Positions 8,880-19,170 are shown, counted from the stretch's first letter. The stretch is DNA of 64,000 nucleotides from an uncultured Phycisphaerales bacterium (GCA_963758525.1 CAVWVQ010000005.1:1-64000), one strand, 5' to 3'. Program-made: numbers and translations. The notes: generated from the sequence alone by a model not told the origin.

Positions 8880-9811
8880 ACGAAAGCCGCGATCCTCTCG
8901 ATGGCGCTGCCGACCGGCTTCAAATACTCCTGCCCAAACAAGCAGAGATGATTCAGCAGGCTGTACAGCTGATAAATCGGCTTCCGCACGCGATGGTACT
9001 CCGGCGGCAGTTTGTGGGCCTGCTGATAGGTGCGCAGAAAGGCGGGAGTCACCGTGTGAAAAAGCTCGAGATAAGCAATCTCGGCCTCGGCGTGGGCGAA
9101 CTTGCAGTTCGGATCGAGCAGGGCGGCGATCCTCCAGGAATGGTCGTCCGGATTTTCGATCGCAAGAAGATTGGTCGCCCACAGATCCCAATGCACCAGA
9201 CGCGGGCAATCATCGTTGGCGAGGAAATGATCCAACCGCTGATGCAGGCGCGCGACCTGCTTGCGCGCCTTCACGGGAAGTTTTGCGTTTTTCTCCGCCT
9301 CGTTCCAGATCGGATCGTAAATTTCGTGATAGCAGGCGGGCCATCGGTCGAACTTCGCTGCGCCGTTGCTCGTCACGCGCATGTAACTTGAGGCCGTCTG
9401 CTGGTGCAGCTTGAGCACGATGTCGGCCAACTCCGACTGAAGCTGTTCGAATTGCTCGGCAGTGCACTTCGCGCGTGCGGCTGAGAGATCGACGCCCTCG
9501 ATGAACTCCATGAGAATGTAGCTGAACGGCTCCTCAAGGGTGCCGGTGTGCACGTGGTAGACTTCCGGAACGGGAATCCCCGCGCTGCGAAGCAGCGCGA
9601 GCTGCACCTCCTCGTCGGCATACGCTCGATCCACGCGGTGCGGTGAAATTTTGAGGACCACTTTTCGGCCCGAATCGAGGGTGAGCGCCATCGCGGTGCT
9701 GATGCACCCGCCAGAAAGCGGCGTGACTTCCGCCAGGTCGGTCGCTTCCCCCGCCCATCGGCGAACGATCTGACGCATCACGTGCCATGAGATGTCGTCT
9801 CCACGCGGCAT
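8876..9811 (-). CDS. Fructosamine kinase / APH-family phosphotransferase
   Basis: LSGGCIS, VVLK, LVHWDLWATN, LLDP, EAEIAYLELF, YQLYSLLNHLCLFG. Confidence 0.85.
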   Translation of the reverse strand: MPRGDDISWHVMRQIVRRWAGEATDLAEVTPLSGGCISTAMALTLDSGRKVVLKISPHRVDRAYADEEVQLALLRSAGIPVPEVYHVHTGTLEEPFSYILMEFIEGVDLSAARAKCTAEQFEQLQSELADIVLKLHQQTASSYMRVTSNGAAKFDRWPACYHEIYDPIWNEAEKNAKLPVKARKQVARLHQRLDHFLANDDCPRLVHWDLWATNLLAIENPDDHSWRIAALLDPNCKFAHAEAEIAYLELFHTVTPAFLRTYQQAHKLPPEYHRVRKPIYQLYSLLNHLCLFGQEYLKPVGSAIERIAAFV

Positions 9812-9870
9812 GTGAGCGATGCCATCTTGCGATCCTGTGCGGGGATTTGCAATCGTGAATCGGGGAAACT

Positions 9871-10133
9871 GGTGATTGGTGATTGGAACGTGATGGGGCC
9901 GGGATGAAGAGGTGAAGACGTGAAACGTGAAGACGTGAAGACGTGTAGACTTGAGAGGTAACGACGTGAGCGGTGGAGTCGCTTGCGTCGTCGCGGAAGC
10001 CAGATGAACGCATGTTTCCGCGAAGGGCAAGCCACCGCTGAATCTTCGGCGAGCCCGAAACGCTCTTCACGTTTCACGTTTCACGTCTTCACGTTTCACT
10101 CCCCCTCCGGTCACGTTCCAATCACCAATCACC
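9871..10133. repeat. Triple-nested palindromic element
   Basis: 23-bp perfect outer inverted repeat, GTGAAGAC/GTGAAAC tandem arms, inner RAYT-type REP pair. Confidence 0.85.
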
Positions 10134-10185
10134 TCCGTCCTTGACATAGCCAAACCCGCGCCCGCGTGGCATGATGAGTCATCTT

Positions 10186-11171
10186 ATGAAAGCTTGGATT
10201 TTGCCGTCGCAGGATGGACTTGCGCGCTTCGGCTTGCAGAGATCCCCGACCCCGTGGCGGGGGCGGGGGAGGTCGTTCTGAAAGTGCAATTCGCGGCGCT
10301 GAACCCGGCCGATCGATATTTGTCGGAAAAGATGTACCCGGCTCATCCGCCAATGCCGCACGTCCTGGGGCGCGATGGTATTGGGACGATCGTCGCAATT
10401 GGCGCGGGAGTGAGCGGCTTGCGCATCGGCGAGCAGCGGGGGGTTCTTCGCGGAGACACTGGCGTAAGCCGGCATGGAACCTTTGCGGAATTCACGGCAG
10501 TCGCGACCGATTCGTTGATAGAAGTGCCCCAAGGCTGGACTGATGAGCAGACTGCCGCGGCGCCACTGGTATATCTAACGGCCTGGCAGGCGCTGACACA
10601 GTGGCATGACCTTCCCCAACAGGCGGTGGTGCTGGTGAGCGGCGCGTCGGGCGGCGTGGGCGTCGCAAGCGTGCAACTTGGCGCCGCTTGCGGACACACG
10701 ATCGTCGCGCTCTCGCGCAGCACCGAAAAGCAGGAACAGCTCAAGCGGATCGGCGCCATCGCGGTGTTCAATCCGACCGACCCGCAATGGGGAAAGGAAC
10801 TCCTGGGCTTTCTGAAGGATCGCCGGGTCGATCTGGCGATCGACAACATCGGCGGCGCATTGCTCCCCCAATTGATCGATACGCTCGGCCATCATGGCCG
10901 GGTGAGCATCGTCGGCCGGCTCGCCGGGCCCGTGCCGCAGTTCAACAGCGCCGCGCTGATTTTCCGCCGACTTCGCTTGGGCGGCGTCGCGGTCGGCGCA
11001 TACGGCCCAGTCGATGGGCAGGCCGCCTGGAAGCAGATTGTCGAAGCCCTCGCCAAGCGCGATGATCGCCCGCTGATCGATCATGTTTTCCCATTCGATC
11101 AGCTTCCCGCCGCGTTTGAGCGATTGGCCAAGGGACCGATGGGGAAAGTTCTGCTGGCCGGGCCGCAATGA
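10186..11171 (+). CDS. MDR-family NADPH:quinone oxidoreductase / alcohol dehydrogenase-like; indel near 10225
   Basis: MKAW start, AALNPAD, VLGRDGIG, GASGGVG, MGKVLL. Confidence 0.88.
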
Positions 11172-11917
11172 AGAGCAAGAAACCTCCGCTGCGGCTCCAA
11201 CCCACGACGCTGTGGGAGTATCCCTCGCAGCACTATGGCCAGGGCACGCAGGGCGATCCCAACTATCGCGGCGCGACGCCCAGCTACATCATCTGGAACC
11301 TGCTGCAGCGATACACCAAGCCCAAGGAGCTGGTGATCGATCCGTGTGCCGGCAGCGGCACCACGCTCGATGTCGCGCGGGAACTGGGCCGTCGCGCGCT
11401 GGGATACGACATCGCCCCAACGCGGAAGGACATCTTCCGCGTCGATGCCCGCAAGCTGCCGCTGGAAAGCGAAAAGGCCGATTTCGTCTTCATCGATCCC
11501 CCGTACTCAACGCATATTGAGTACAGCGACGATCCAAGATGCATCGGAAAGCTCGACGCCGCCGGCGGGGAGTATTATCGCGCGATGGAGCAGGTGTTGT
11601 CAGAGATTCACCGCGTCCTGCGCAAGGATCGTCATATGGCGTTGTACGTCAGTGATTCGTTCGTGAAAGGGAAAGGGTTTTATCCCATCGGATTTGAATT
11701 GTTCGCCCGGATGAAGAAGCTGTTCGAGCCGGTGGATATCATTGCGGTCACGCGTCATAACAAGACGCTGGAGATGGGGAATTACCGGAAGGCCGCGGAG
11801 GAGGGGAACTTCTTCCTGCGGGGGTTCAATTATTTGTTCATCATGCGGAAGAGCGGAGAGTCATCTGATTCCGCGAAGCGAAGCTCCGCGGGAGACAAAG
11901 CCGTTTCGCCAGCATAG
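11168..11917 (+). CDS. SAM-dependent amino-methyltransferase (N4/N6 DNA methylase or Trm11-like)
   Basis: DPCAGSGTT followed by DPPY; ATGA overlap with the upstream gene. Confidence 0.8.
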   Translation: MKSKKPPLRLQPTTLWEYPSQHYGQGTQGDPNYRGATPSYIIWNLLQRYTKPKELVIDPCAGSGTTLDVARELGRRALGYDIAPTRKDIFRVDARKLPLESEKADFVFIDPPYSTHIEYSDDPRCIGKLDAAGGEYYRAMEQVLSEIHRVLRKDRHMALYVSDSFVKGKGFYPIGFELFARMKKLFEPVDIIAVTRHNKTLEMGNYRKAAEEGNFFLRGFNYLFIMRKSGESSDSAKRSSAGDKAVSPA

Positions 11918-11928
11918 AAGAGCCCGAA

Positions 11929-12573
11929 GTAGCTTGCCCTTCGCGGAGCGCAATAATTGCAAATCAACCCGTATACGGGACGATAAACTCCCACAACTGT
12001 CGCGGAAGTCTCTCCTTCGTGGGATTGTCGAGCACATATTGGATTCGCCCCCGGACTTGCCCGGGAGTTCGAAGAAATACCTTGTAAGCGCGGTGCGACC
12101 AGACCGGGTGATCCATCGGGACAGCACCCGCATTTTGAAGAGCGGACCTCATGGCATTTGCAAGATGAAACCAGATCTGGTCCGACTTGTGGCGATGCGA
12201 TCGGACAACAGCGTGAACATGGTTGGAGCAGATTGCCAATGCCCAGAGCGTGTACCCGTGCAGACGCGATGTCTCCGCGATGGATTGAGCGAGAATTCGG
12301 CGATGCGACTCGTTGAACCAAATGGACGCGTGATCCAAGTGTCCCTTAGCGTCTTTGAAGAATGTCTTCACATCATCGCGCGGGGGTTGGGGATGCTGAC
12401 GACCTGGCAGAATTGTCCCCAAATCTTCCATCGATGCTTTCCGGATCTCCTCGGACCCGCTTCCTCGTAGATCGTTGGGGAGCCAATGCGCGTACCCGGT
12501 GAAGATCAGGTGTGATCCGAGGATGACGGAGTGGGGTGAATTCATTCTGTGCGCTCCGCGAAGGGCAAGCCAC
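11929..12573. mobile_element. RAYT locus bounded by 24-bp inverted GT(A/G)G repeats
   Basis: GTAGCTTGCCCTTCGCGGAGCGCA 11929-11952 versus inverted copy 12550-12573 (23/24 match). Confidence 0.75.
11964..12545 (-). CDS. REP-associated tyrosine (Y1 HUH) transposase
   Basis: HLIFTGYAHWLPND.RGS, NHVH, W, catalytic Y in IQYVLDNP. Confidence 0.85.
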   Translation of the reverse strand: MNSPHSVILGSHLIFTGYAHWLPNDLRGSGSEEIRKASMEDLGTILPGRQHPQPPRDDVKTFFKDAKGHLDHASIWFNESHRRILAQSIAETSRLHGYTLWALAICSNHVHAVVRSHRHKSDQIWFHLANAMRSALQNAGAVPMDHPVWSHRAYKVFLRTPGQVRGRIQYVLDNPTKERLPRQLWEFIVPYTG

Positions 12574-12609
12574 TACTGTGTCGTTTGGCGATAGCGGCGG
12601 CATTACTGC

Positions 12610-12714
12610 TGCTATATGACCTTGCGCGATTACGCGCTTCCAAAAACCGTTTAGCGGCTGCCCTAAGGGCAGCGCGCTGCTCGCACGTGCGCGTAATCGC
12701 GCACGTTCATTTAG
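12610..12714. repeat. About 100-bp MITE-like element, copy 1
   Basis: Near-identical to 26073-26166; imperfect terminal inverted repeats CTA..TAG; central GCTGCCCTAAGGGCAGC hairpin. Confidence 0.8.
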
Positions 12715-12761
12715 GTTACCATGATCTTGAAGCATACTTCAAATTGTATGATGTCGTGCAT

Positions 12762-12855
12762 GGAGAGTGATCTGATTCGGCGAGGCGAAGCCCGCGGGAG
12801 ACAAAGCGTTTCGCCAGCACAGAAGATCCCGAAGTAGCTTGCCCTTCGCGGAGCG
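12762..12855. repeat. About 95-bp direct repeat of 11855-11950
   Basis: GGAGAGT.ATCTGATTC...GAAGTAGCTTGCCCTTCGCGGAGCG in both copies. Confidence 0.85.
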
Positions 12856-13026
12856 GCAAACAGAAAATCAATGGTTGTACGGGCGGTGTTATGATTAAAA
12901 ATATCCGAGAAGCACGAGCGCGGCTGGGACACTCATCACGACAATAACTTTCCCCGCGACTTGGTTATCGCCGCTGGCTGTCGCTGTTGCGAGTTCCCAG
13001 TGCAATCGTCATTCTGCATCAGCGCG

Positions 13027-13085
13027 GTAGGGCGGGATTCATCCCGCCGATCGACAATCGCGAGGCGCAATGAATCCCGCCCTGC
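13027..13085. repeat. GTAG-type REP doublet
   Basis: GTAGGGCGGGATTCATCCCGCC 13027-13048 with degenerate inverted partner 13064-13085. Confidence 0.8.
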
Positions 13086-13101
13086 ACCAAGGCAACCTGT
13101 A

Positions 13102-14071
13102 TTACAACAGTTGCTTTATCGAAACAAAAAGCACGATCGCCGCCGGCACGGCGAGGGCGACGATCACCTGCGACGCGATAATCGTTGCGAGCGCATGGTC
13201 AAGCTGCAAGTAGCGGCTGCAGGCGACGTACAGCCGGTAACAGACGATCACCCAGATCGGCAGATAAAAATAGACGAAGGTTCTGTACGGAGCATATCGT
13301 CCGAAAATATTGTTTGGGTCGGCTTCTTTGGTCATCAGCCAAACGACAAAGGCTGCGAGCGACATCAGCAGTACAAGCAGGTTTGCCCAAAGCAATGCGT
13401 CGGCGCTGTAGAGCACGCACCGAAGCAGATGAGCATTGCCAATTCCTTTGCGGCGCAATGACATCTGGAAAATCATCAGTGTCGCCAGCGTCAACCATGG
13501 CAATGTGACTTCAAGCAATGCCAGCATTTCGGCCAGCGGTACGACGAAGGACCGCCACCAGATGCTTGTCGATCGGAAACGCATTCTGAAGGGCAACGGC
13601 TTCATCGGATGCGCGTTCAGAAAAAGTGCGTGGCGATTGTCTGCCAGCTTGCGCGAGCAGCAGCACGAGCATCGTCGCCAGCAATGCTGCGAGCGCAGCC
13701 GTGATCGTCAACAACCAATAGCGGAGTATTCGGCGAGGATAGACGGCATGCGTCGGCTTGAGTTGCGTCCAGAATCGCCGGGGAAGCAGGCCGCCGCGCA
13801 AGGTTCGCCAGAAGGCAGCGGCAGGGTGTTTTGGATGATGTTCGAACAGATACGGATGAATCTGCAGCGACGGATTCAGCATCGCCGCCCATTCAAAGCC
13901 ACAGCCGCATTCGGGGCACCGGGGTTCGACGAGGCCGCGGAGGTTGTAGTCGCAAAGGGGACAGTGCAATTCGCGGCCGATCGTCGACCAGTCGGGGGCT
14001 GATCCCGCAGAGACGCCGATCTCCGCGCGTTCCGAAGCCACGGGGGCAGTTTGCGGTGGATCCGCGTTCAT
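13102..14071 (-). CDS. Membrane protein with N-terminal CxxC..CxxC zinc finger; indel near 13600
   Basis: CPLCDYNLRGLVEPRCPECG followed by several hydrophobic helices across two ORFs. Confidence 0.65.
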
Positions 14072-14089
14072 CAAGGCGCTTTCAATCTT

Positions 14090-14245
14090 GTAGGGTCCGC
14101 AGAAGAGCGCTCGAATCCGACTGGTTTTCGCGGCCCGTATGGGGGCTCTTCTGCGGACCTTCCCCCGTCCCGAGAATGGTCCGCAGGCGGGCAAACCAGC
14201 CGCTCGATAATTTGGCGCGTCTTCGCGCCCGCCTGCGGACCCTAC
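14090..14245. repeat. GTAG-bounded double hairpin with long loops
   Basis: GTAG+GGTCCGCAGAAGAGC/GCTCTTCTGCGGACC and GGTCCGCAGGCGGGC/GCCCGCCTGCGGACC+CTAC. Confidence 0.75.
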
Positions 14246-14272
14246 GCCGATTTCAGACACGCGAGGCGCGGA

Positions 14273-14587
14273 TCAATCGACTTTCTTCTCTCCCGCCTCG
14301 CCCCGCTCAACGATGTCTCCGGTAGTGAAGAGAATTTCCTTCAGCTCGGTCCGCCAGTCTTCTTTCTGCCGGAGCAGAAACTCCAGGTCCATGCCGAAGT
14401 GTTTGAATTCCTCTTTCTGGGCGTTGAGCATGATGGCCTTGGCCTGGTTGTCTTTCTCGACTGCGATCCGCTGCTCGTACCATCCGATGGCGTCGGCCTC
14501 TTCCTTCAACGATGCAATCATGCGGGCGAAGGTGCGGGTCTTTTCGGGCAGTTCGTTGGGCGGCTCGTGATATTGATCGAATGGCAT
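14273..14587 (-). CDS. Ferritin-like protein, encapsulated-ferritin (EncFtn) type
   Basis: YHEP, SLKEEADAIGWYEQR, EEFKH, ILFT motifs; 104 aa. Confidence 0.85.
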   Translation of the reverse strand: MPFDQYHEPPNELPEKTRTFARMIASLKEEADAIGWYEQRIAVEKDNQAKAIMLNAQKEEFKHFGMDLEFLLRQKEDWRTELKEILFTTGDIVERGEAGEKKVD

Positions 14588-14775
14588 ACGCTTTTTCCAA
14601 AAGAGATTTGAGAGTTGCATCGCTGATCTGCGTTGCAGGAAAAGATTGTTCACCAAAACCGGTCCGGAAGAAAGTCCCGGATGGGCGTCGCCAGCAAAAC
14701 ATATTCGGACGTCTCATTCCCCCTTTCCGACATTCAGGGGCTCGGTTCCGCGGCCGATGAGGGAGGGGAACAACT

Positions 14776-15852
14776 ATGTCAAACCACAACAGAGGTTTCT
14801 ACAGATCGCGTTCGCGGGGTCAAGGCCTGATCTGGGTGATCATCACCCTGCCGGTCATGTGCGGCTTCTGTTCACTTGCCGTGGACTTTGGCAGGGCGGA
14901 AACGACCAAGACCGAACTGCAGCGGGCCGCGGATGCCGCGGCGCGGTACGGGGCGTTGGGCCTGTCCATATCCGGGTCGGCGGCTACCGCGTACGCAATA
15001 GACGCCGCCAACGACAACACCGCCGATGGGTCCGTTGTGGTGCTGCAAAGCTCGGATGTGGTGACCGGTACATGGAACTCGGCCACGCATTCCTTCACTG
15101 CCGGCGGGGGCAGTCAAAATGCAGTCCAGGTCACTGCGCAGCGCACCAAGGCCCGCGGGAACGCGGTCCAGACGATGTTCGCCAAGGCGTTGGGAGTCAG
15201 CTCGATCGATGTGCACGGGGTGGCTGTCGCGGTGTTCACGGCAGGGTCATCCACGACGATCAGCGTCGCCGGGAAAGCCGACCCCTGGCTCGCCGGAATG
15301 CCCAGCGGCACGACCGCCAATTACACCAACCAGGGATGGACCGACTCTGCCCCTGCCGAATCCCCCACGCAGGCCAGCGGCCTCACGCTCACGGCGGGCA
15401 AGGCGGTGCAGTTCCAATTCAGCGGGTCGGTCAGCTATTACCCCGGCACGCAGCCGTTCGATCCCGATGGAGATCCGAACTGGATCATCGACAACTATTA
15501 TGCCACGGCACACAGTAACGCCGAGCACGGCATCGCCGATCTGAAGGCGCCGCTGACGTCCGTGATCGGCGTCTTCCTCGACGACACCCAGCCGGACTCC
15601 AGCCCGGCCCCCGCGTCCCTTGACTTCAGTTCACCAGCCAGCCAGGACTTCGCGACGCTCTCGCCGCTGCTCAAGCAACCGTTCTTCATCGGCGACGGAT
15701 TGCGCTCCGACGGCACGCTGCAGAGTTTCATCGTTCCCCCGGGCGCGACACGACTCTACATCGGTGTCATGGATGGACAGCAGTGGAGCGACAACTCCGG
15801 CTCGCTTTCCACGGTCGTCAGCAAGCCGACGGTAGTGACGACAGTGAAATAG
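14776..15852 (+). CDS. TadG/Tad-domain Flp pilus assembly protein
   Basis: GQ cleavage-like site, TM helix, LAVDFG...LQRAADAAA; strong GGGAGG RBS. Confidence 0.8.
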   Translation: MSNHNRGFYRSRSRGQGLIWVIITLPVMCGFCSLAVDFGRAETTKTELQRAADAAARYGALGLSISGSAATAYAIDAANDNTADGSVVVLQSSDVVTGTWNSATHSFTAGGGSQNAVQVTAQRTKARGNAVQTMFAKALGVSSIDVHGVAVAVFTAGSSTTISVAGKADPWLAGMPSGTTANYTNQGWTDSAPAESPTQASGLTLTAGKAVQFQFSGSVSYYPGTQPFDPDGDPNWIIDNYYATAHSNAEHGIADLKAPLTSVIGVFLDDTQPDSSPAPASLDFSSPASQDFATLSPLLKQPFFIGDGLRSDGTLQSFIVPPGATRLYIGVMDGQQWSDNSGSLSTVVSKPTVVTTVK

Positions 15853-15894
15853 TCTTCAATGCCGCTCTATGCGACGCCTGCCGGAACCTTCGCT

Positions 15895-18206
15895 TCAGAA
15901 ACCTGCAACAGAAATCGTCGCGCCGGCGACGGTCCCGTTGAAGCCGGTGCAGAGAACTCCCATCGAGGTTGCGGCTCGGGCTTCGCTCGCGATCTCAAGA
16001 CCCTCCGGCATTTGGCCGATCTCGCCGTGAAATTGCGGCAATTTCCTCGTCAGCAATGCTGCCGCGATTCCCGCCAGCGGACCAACGCTGAATGTTTCGG
16101 GGAATAATCCGTAGATCGAGGAAACCACTCTCGCTTGTGCCGATCGGGCGATCGCAGCGGCCTCCGCTCGATCGATCCAAGTTCCGTTGGCCGAGCTGAT
16201 CACGTGCCTGGGCGCATGTATCGCCTCCAGCACGTGGGCAATGTCTTCAATGGCATGATCCGCGCGCATGGCGGCGCCGCCGCACGCAAGGACGCTCCCG
16301 CGCGACTTGCCTCCGCGGCGTTCGATCGCGTCGCGACTTTCTACAATGAACGTGACCGCGCCGCAGCCGACGGAAAAGCGCCCATCCCCGCCGAACGCGC
16401 CCCCGCGGTTCTCGGGGGCGTACAGCCCGCAATGGGCGTACGCCTGGTTGACGGTCGGAACAAATTCCTCGGCGGCGCTCACAACGGCGCGATCCCATTC
16501 CCCGCAAGTAATTCGGTAGAACGCCAGCCGCAGTGCGTCGAGTCCCGCCGTGCGCGTTCCGATGAGGCTCTGGCAGGAGCCCTTCAGCGAGAGCATCAGG
16601 CTCAGGTGCGCTGCCGCCGAATTGGGGACACCCTCGGCGAAGAGCATCGGATTCGCCGCCGATATCCCTTCGCGCACGATCTGCTCGTAATAACTGACGC
16701 AATAGGCGGCTCCCGCGTGCGTGCTGCCGAGGATCGCGGAGCACGAAGCGGAGAAGGAGGGATTCTCCGCCACGCCGGCGTCGGCAAATGCGAGCGTGGC
16801 GCTGGCGAGCGTGAGCTTCACGTAATCGCTCATTCGCCTGACGCGGCGCGCGTTGAGCAGATGAATGTAGCCGTCCTCGGGGACGCTGCCGCTGTCCCGC
16901 ATGGGCGAGGACGGTGTCTCACCCAGCCGGCGAACGAACGCATCGTTGCCGATCGCGCCGCGGAGAATCACGCCAATGCCCGAGATGCAGACTTCGCGAC
17001 GCGCACGTTCCGAAGCGGTTTTCGTTCCTGGACGCGACAGAATCATGCAGGCATTGGCTCCTCCAAAACCCAGCGAGGTATTCAGCGTGGCGTCAATCTT
17101 TGCCGGGCGGGGCGCGCCCGCGGCAAGCTGCAGATCGGGAAATTCCGCGTCCGACGGCGCGGTGTTGGCCGTCGTCGGGACCGTCTGCTCGCGCAGCGCA
17201 ATGGCCGAAAGGATCAGTTCCACCGCGCCGGCGCCTCCCAGGGTGTGGCCCAGGCGACTCTTGAGCGCGACGACGGGGATATCGCGCAGCCCGCGCTCAA
17301 AGACGCTGACATAAGCATTGTATTCGCCGGCGTCGTTGTCGGGCGTGCCGGTCGCATGGGCGGCAATGAGGCCGATTGATTCGCGGGCGAGGCCGGCATC
17401 GGAAAGAGCCGCTCGAATCGCGGCGGCAGCGCCTTCCCGCGCGGGTGCGGCTGCGTCAAATGATGGGCGTCCGACGATTCGCCGCAACCGAGAATCGCGG
17501 CAATCGGCTCGACGCCGCGCCGCCGGGAATCACTGCCGCGTTCGAGCACGATGATGCCGTACCCTTCGCCCAGTTTCATTCCCTGACGATCTTTGGCAAA
17601 GGGCCGGATCGGCCCGGCCGCGATCAGCCGCAGGCTGTTGAATCCCCCGTACGCATACTCGCTGACGGTGTCGTAACCACCGGCCACCACGAGATCGAGA
17701 TGCCCGCTGCGCAGCAGCGTGATCGCCAGCGCGATGCTCGCCAGGCTCGACGAGCAAGCCGAGCAGGTGGTGATCGCGTCGCCGGCGAGATTCATTCCGT
17801 CGATGGCGTTTTGCAGCGTGTTGCCCGCCAGGAAATCGCGCAGCAGCGAAAAATCTCCGCTGCGGAGAAACGCCCCGCCTGCCCGCATGCCATGAAGCGT
17901 GGTTCCCAGAACGATGCCGCAACGGCGGGGGCGCGCTGCGATAAACTCCTCGGCCCGGGCCTCGGCGATCGCCTGCTGGATCGTCCATCGCAGATAGCGC
18001 GTCTCGCGCGGCAGCCCCGCTGCGAATTCTGTCGGCAGATCCATCGCCTGATACCCGACGGCGTCGATCGCGGGCTTTGATTCGAGCGCCGGCATCGAGC
18101 CGATCCCGGCGCGGCCTTGCAGCACGCCGTCCCACGTCTGCCGGGCATCGAGCCCGAGACTGCAGGCCAGCCCAGTCCCGGTGATGACGATCTGCTCGCG
18201 TTCCAT
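15895..18206 (-). CDS. Beta-ketoacyl-ACP synthase fused to a second non-catalytic KS-like (CLF-like) domain; indel near 17440
   Basis: KS1: SACSSS, HATGTPDND, KSRLGHTLGGAG, SLGFGG; then in frame VCISGIG, RRMSDY, PMLFAEGVPN, no catalytic Cys (GTRTAG). Confidence 0.85.
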
Positions 18207-18294
18207 AGCTGGGACTTCCAAGATGAGCCGCGGCCAACCCGGGAAGAGTTCATGCGGCGTTCTGGATTTGCTTCAAGACGTTTGCTCCGACGGT

Positions 18295-19170
18295 TCACGG
18301 CGCATCTTCGCTGAACGCCGGAGTGAAGACCAGCCATTGCTCCGGGTATGCGGCGACGTATTTTTCAAGCACGCGGGCAATCTTCCGCATCGCGCAAGCC
18401 GTCTCGGCGTCATCCAGCGGGTTGGGCACTTCAATCGCCTGCTCCACGAAGATAGTAACCCGGCCGTCGTTCCCGCGAACCGTAAAAACGGGAATGATCG
18501 GCGCACCGCTGGCCGATGCGAGTTTGACCGGCCCAGTGGGGAGCGACAGATGCCCCCTGAGGAACGGCATCGCCACTCCCTTCTGCCCGGGCATGACGCG
18601 ATCGCCCTGAATTGCCACCACGTCATCCGCCCGCAGCGCATCGCGCAAACGCAGCCAGACAGTCCAGGTGTTGTCCAACGCCGCTTCCGCGACGCCGAGC
18701 CGCTCGTGCATGCTGCTGCGCAGCCGCTCAAACGCGTCGATCCGGTCGCGCTGGAAGACCACATGAACCCGCTCTTTCATTTCGGTCAGCGCCACAATGC
18801 CAAGCTCAAACGATCCCATGTGCGCCGTCAGCAGAATCGCACCGCGCTTCAACGAACGAGCCGCGAGGTATTGGTCGTGACCCTGCACTGACGCGATACG
18901 GCCGGCCAATTCTTCGCGCGTGGCCCGCGCGCTTCGGCCGACGTCAAACACGAATTCGTAGAAATTTCCGATGACGCCCAACGAAAATGCGCGAAGCTGC
19001 CGCGCGTTGAGATCAGCCTCGAATATTCGCAGAGCGTTGGCGTCGGTGCCGTGACGAATCGCTGGCGCGAAGCACCATGCGAGCCGAACAAACAGCGGCT
19101 TCAGGGCGCGCATGAGCGCCGGCGCCACCGCCGTCAGTCTGAAGAAAAGCTTCAGCCAAAAGGCGATCAC
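18295..19170 (-). CDS. Lysophospholipid / lipid A-type acyltransferase
   Basis: LTAHMGSFE, IQGDR, GPVKLA, YPEQW. Confidence 0.88.
   Translation of the reverse strand: MIAFWLKLFFRLTAVAPALMRALKPLFVRLAWCFAPAIRHGTDANALRIFEADLNARQLRAFSLGVIGNFYEFVFDVGRSARATREELAGRIASVQGHDQYLAARSLKRGAILLTAHMGSFELGIVALTEMKERVHVVFQRDRIDAFERLRSSMHERLGVAEAALDNTWTVWLRLRDALRADDVVAIQGDRVMPGQKGVAMPFLRGHLSLPTGPVKLASASGAPIIPVFTVRGNDGRVTIFVEQAIEVPNPLDDAETACAMRKIARVLEKYVAAYPEQWLVFTPAFSEDAP

Noticed and set aside
9905..10099. Short repeats as a CRISPR array
   Set aside because: 7-8-nt tandem units with no spacers and no cas genes; the same applies to the other periodic tracts.
10141..10175. TTGACA ... CATGAT as a sigma70 promoter
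   Set aside because: 23-nt spacing is too long.
14666..14677. GGAAGAAAGTCC resembling the RNase P RNA 5' motif
   Set aside because: Only about 100 nt before the next gene and no matching 3' P4 motif.
17430..17450. Programmed frameshift in the KS gene (and other split genes)
   Set aside because: No slippery heptamer; same pattern as the many probable assembly indels.
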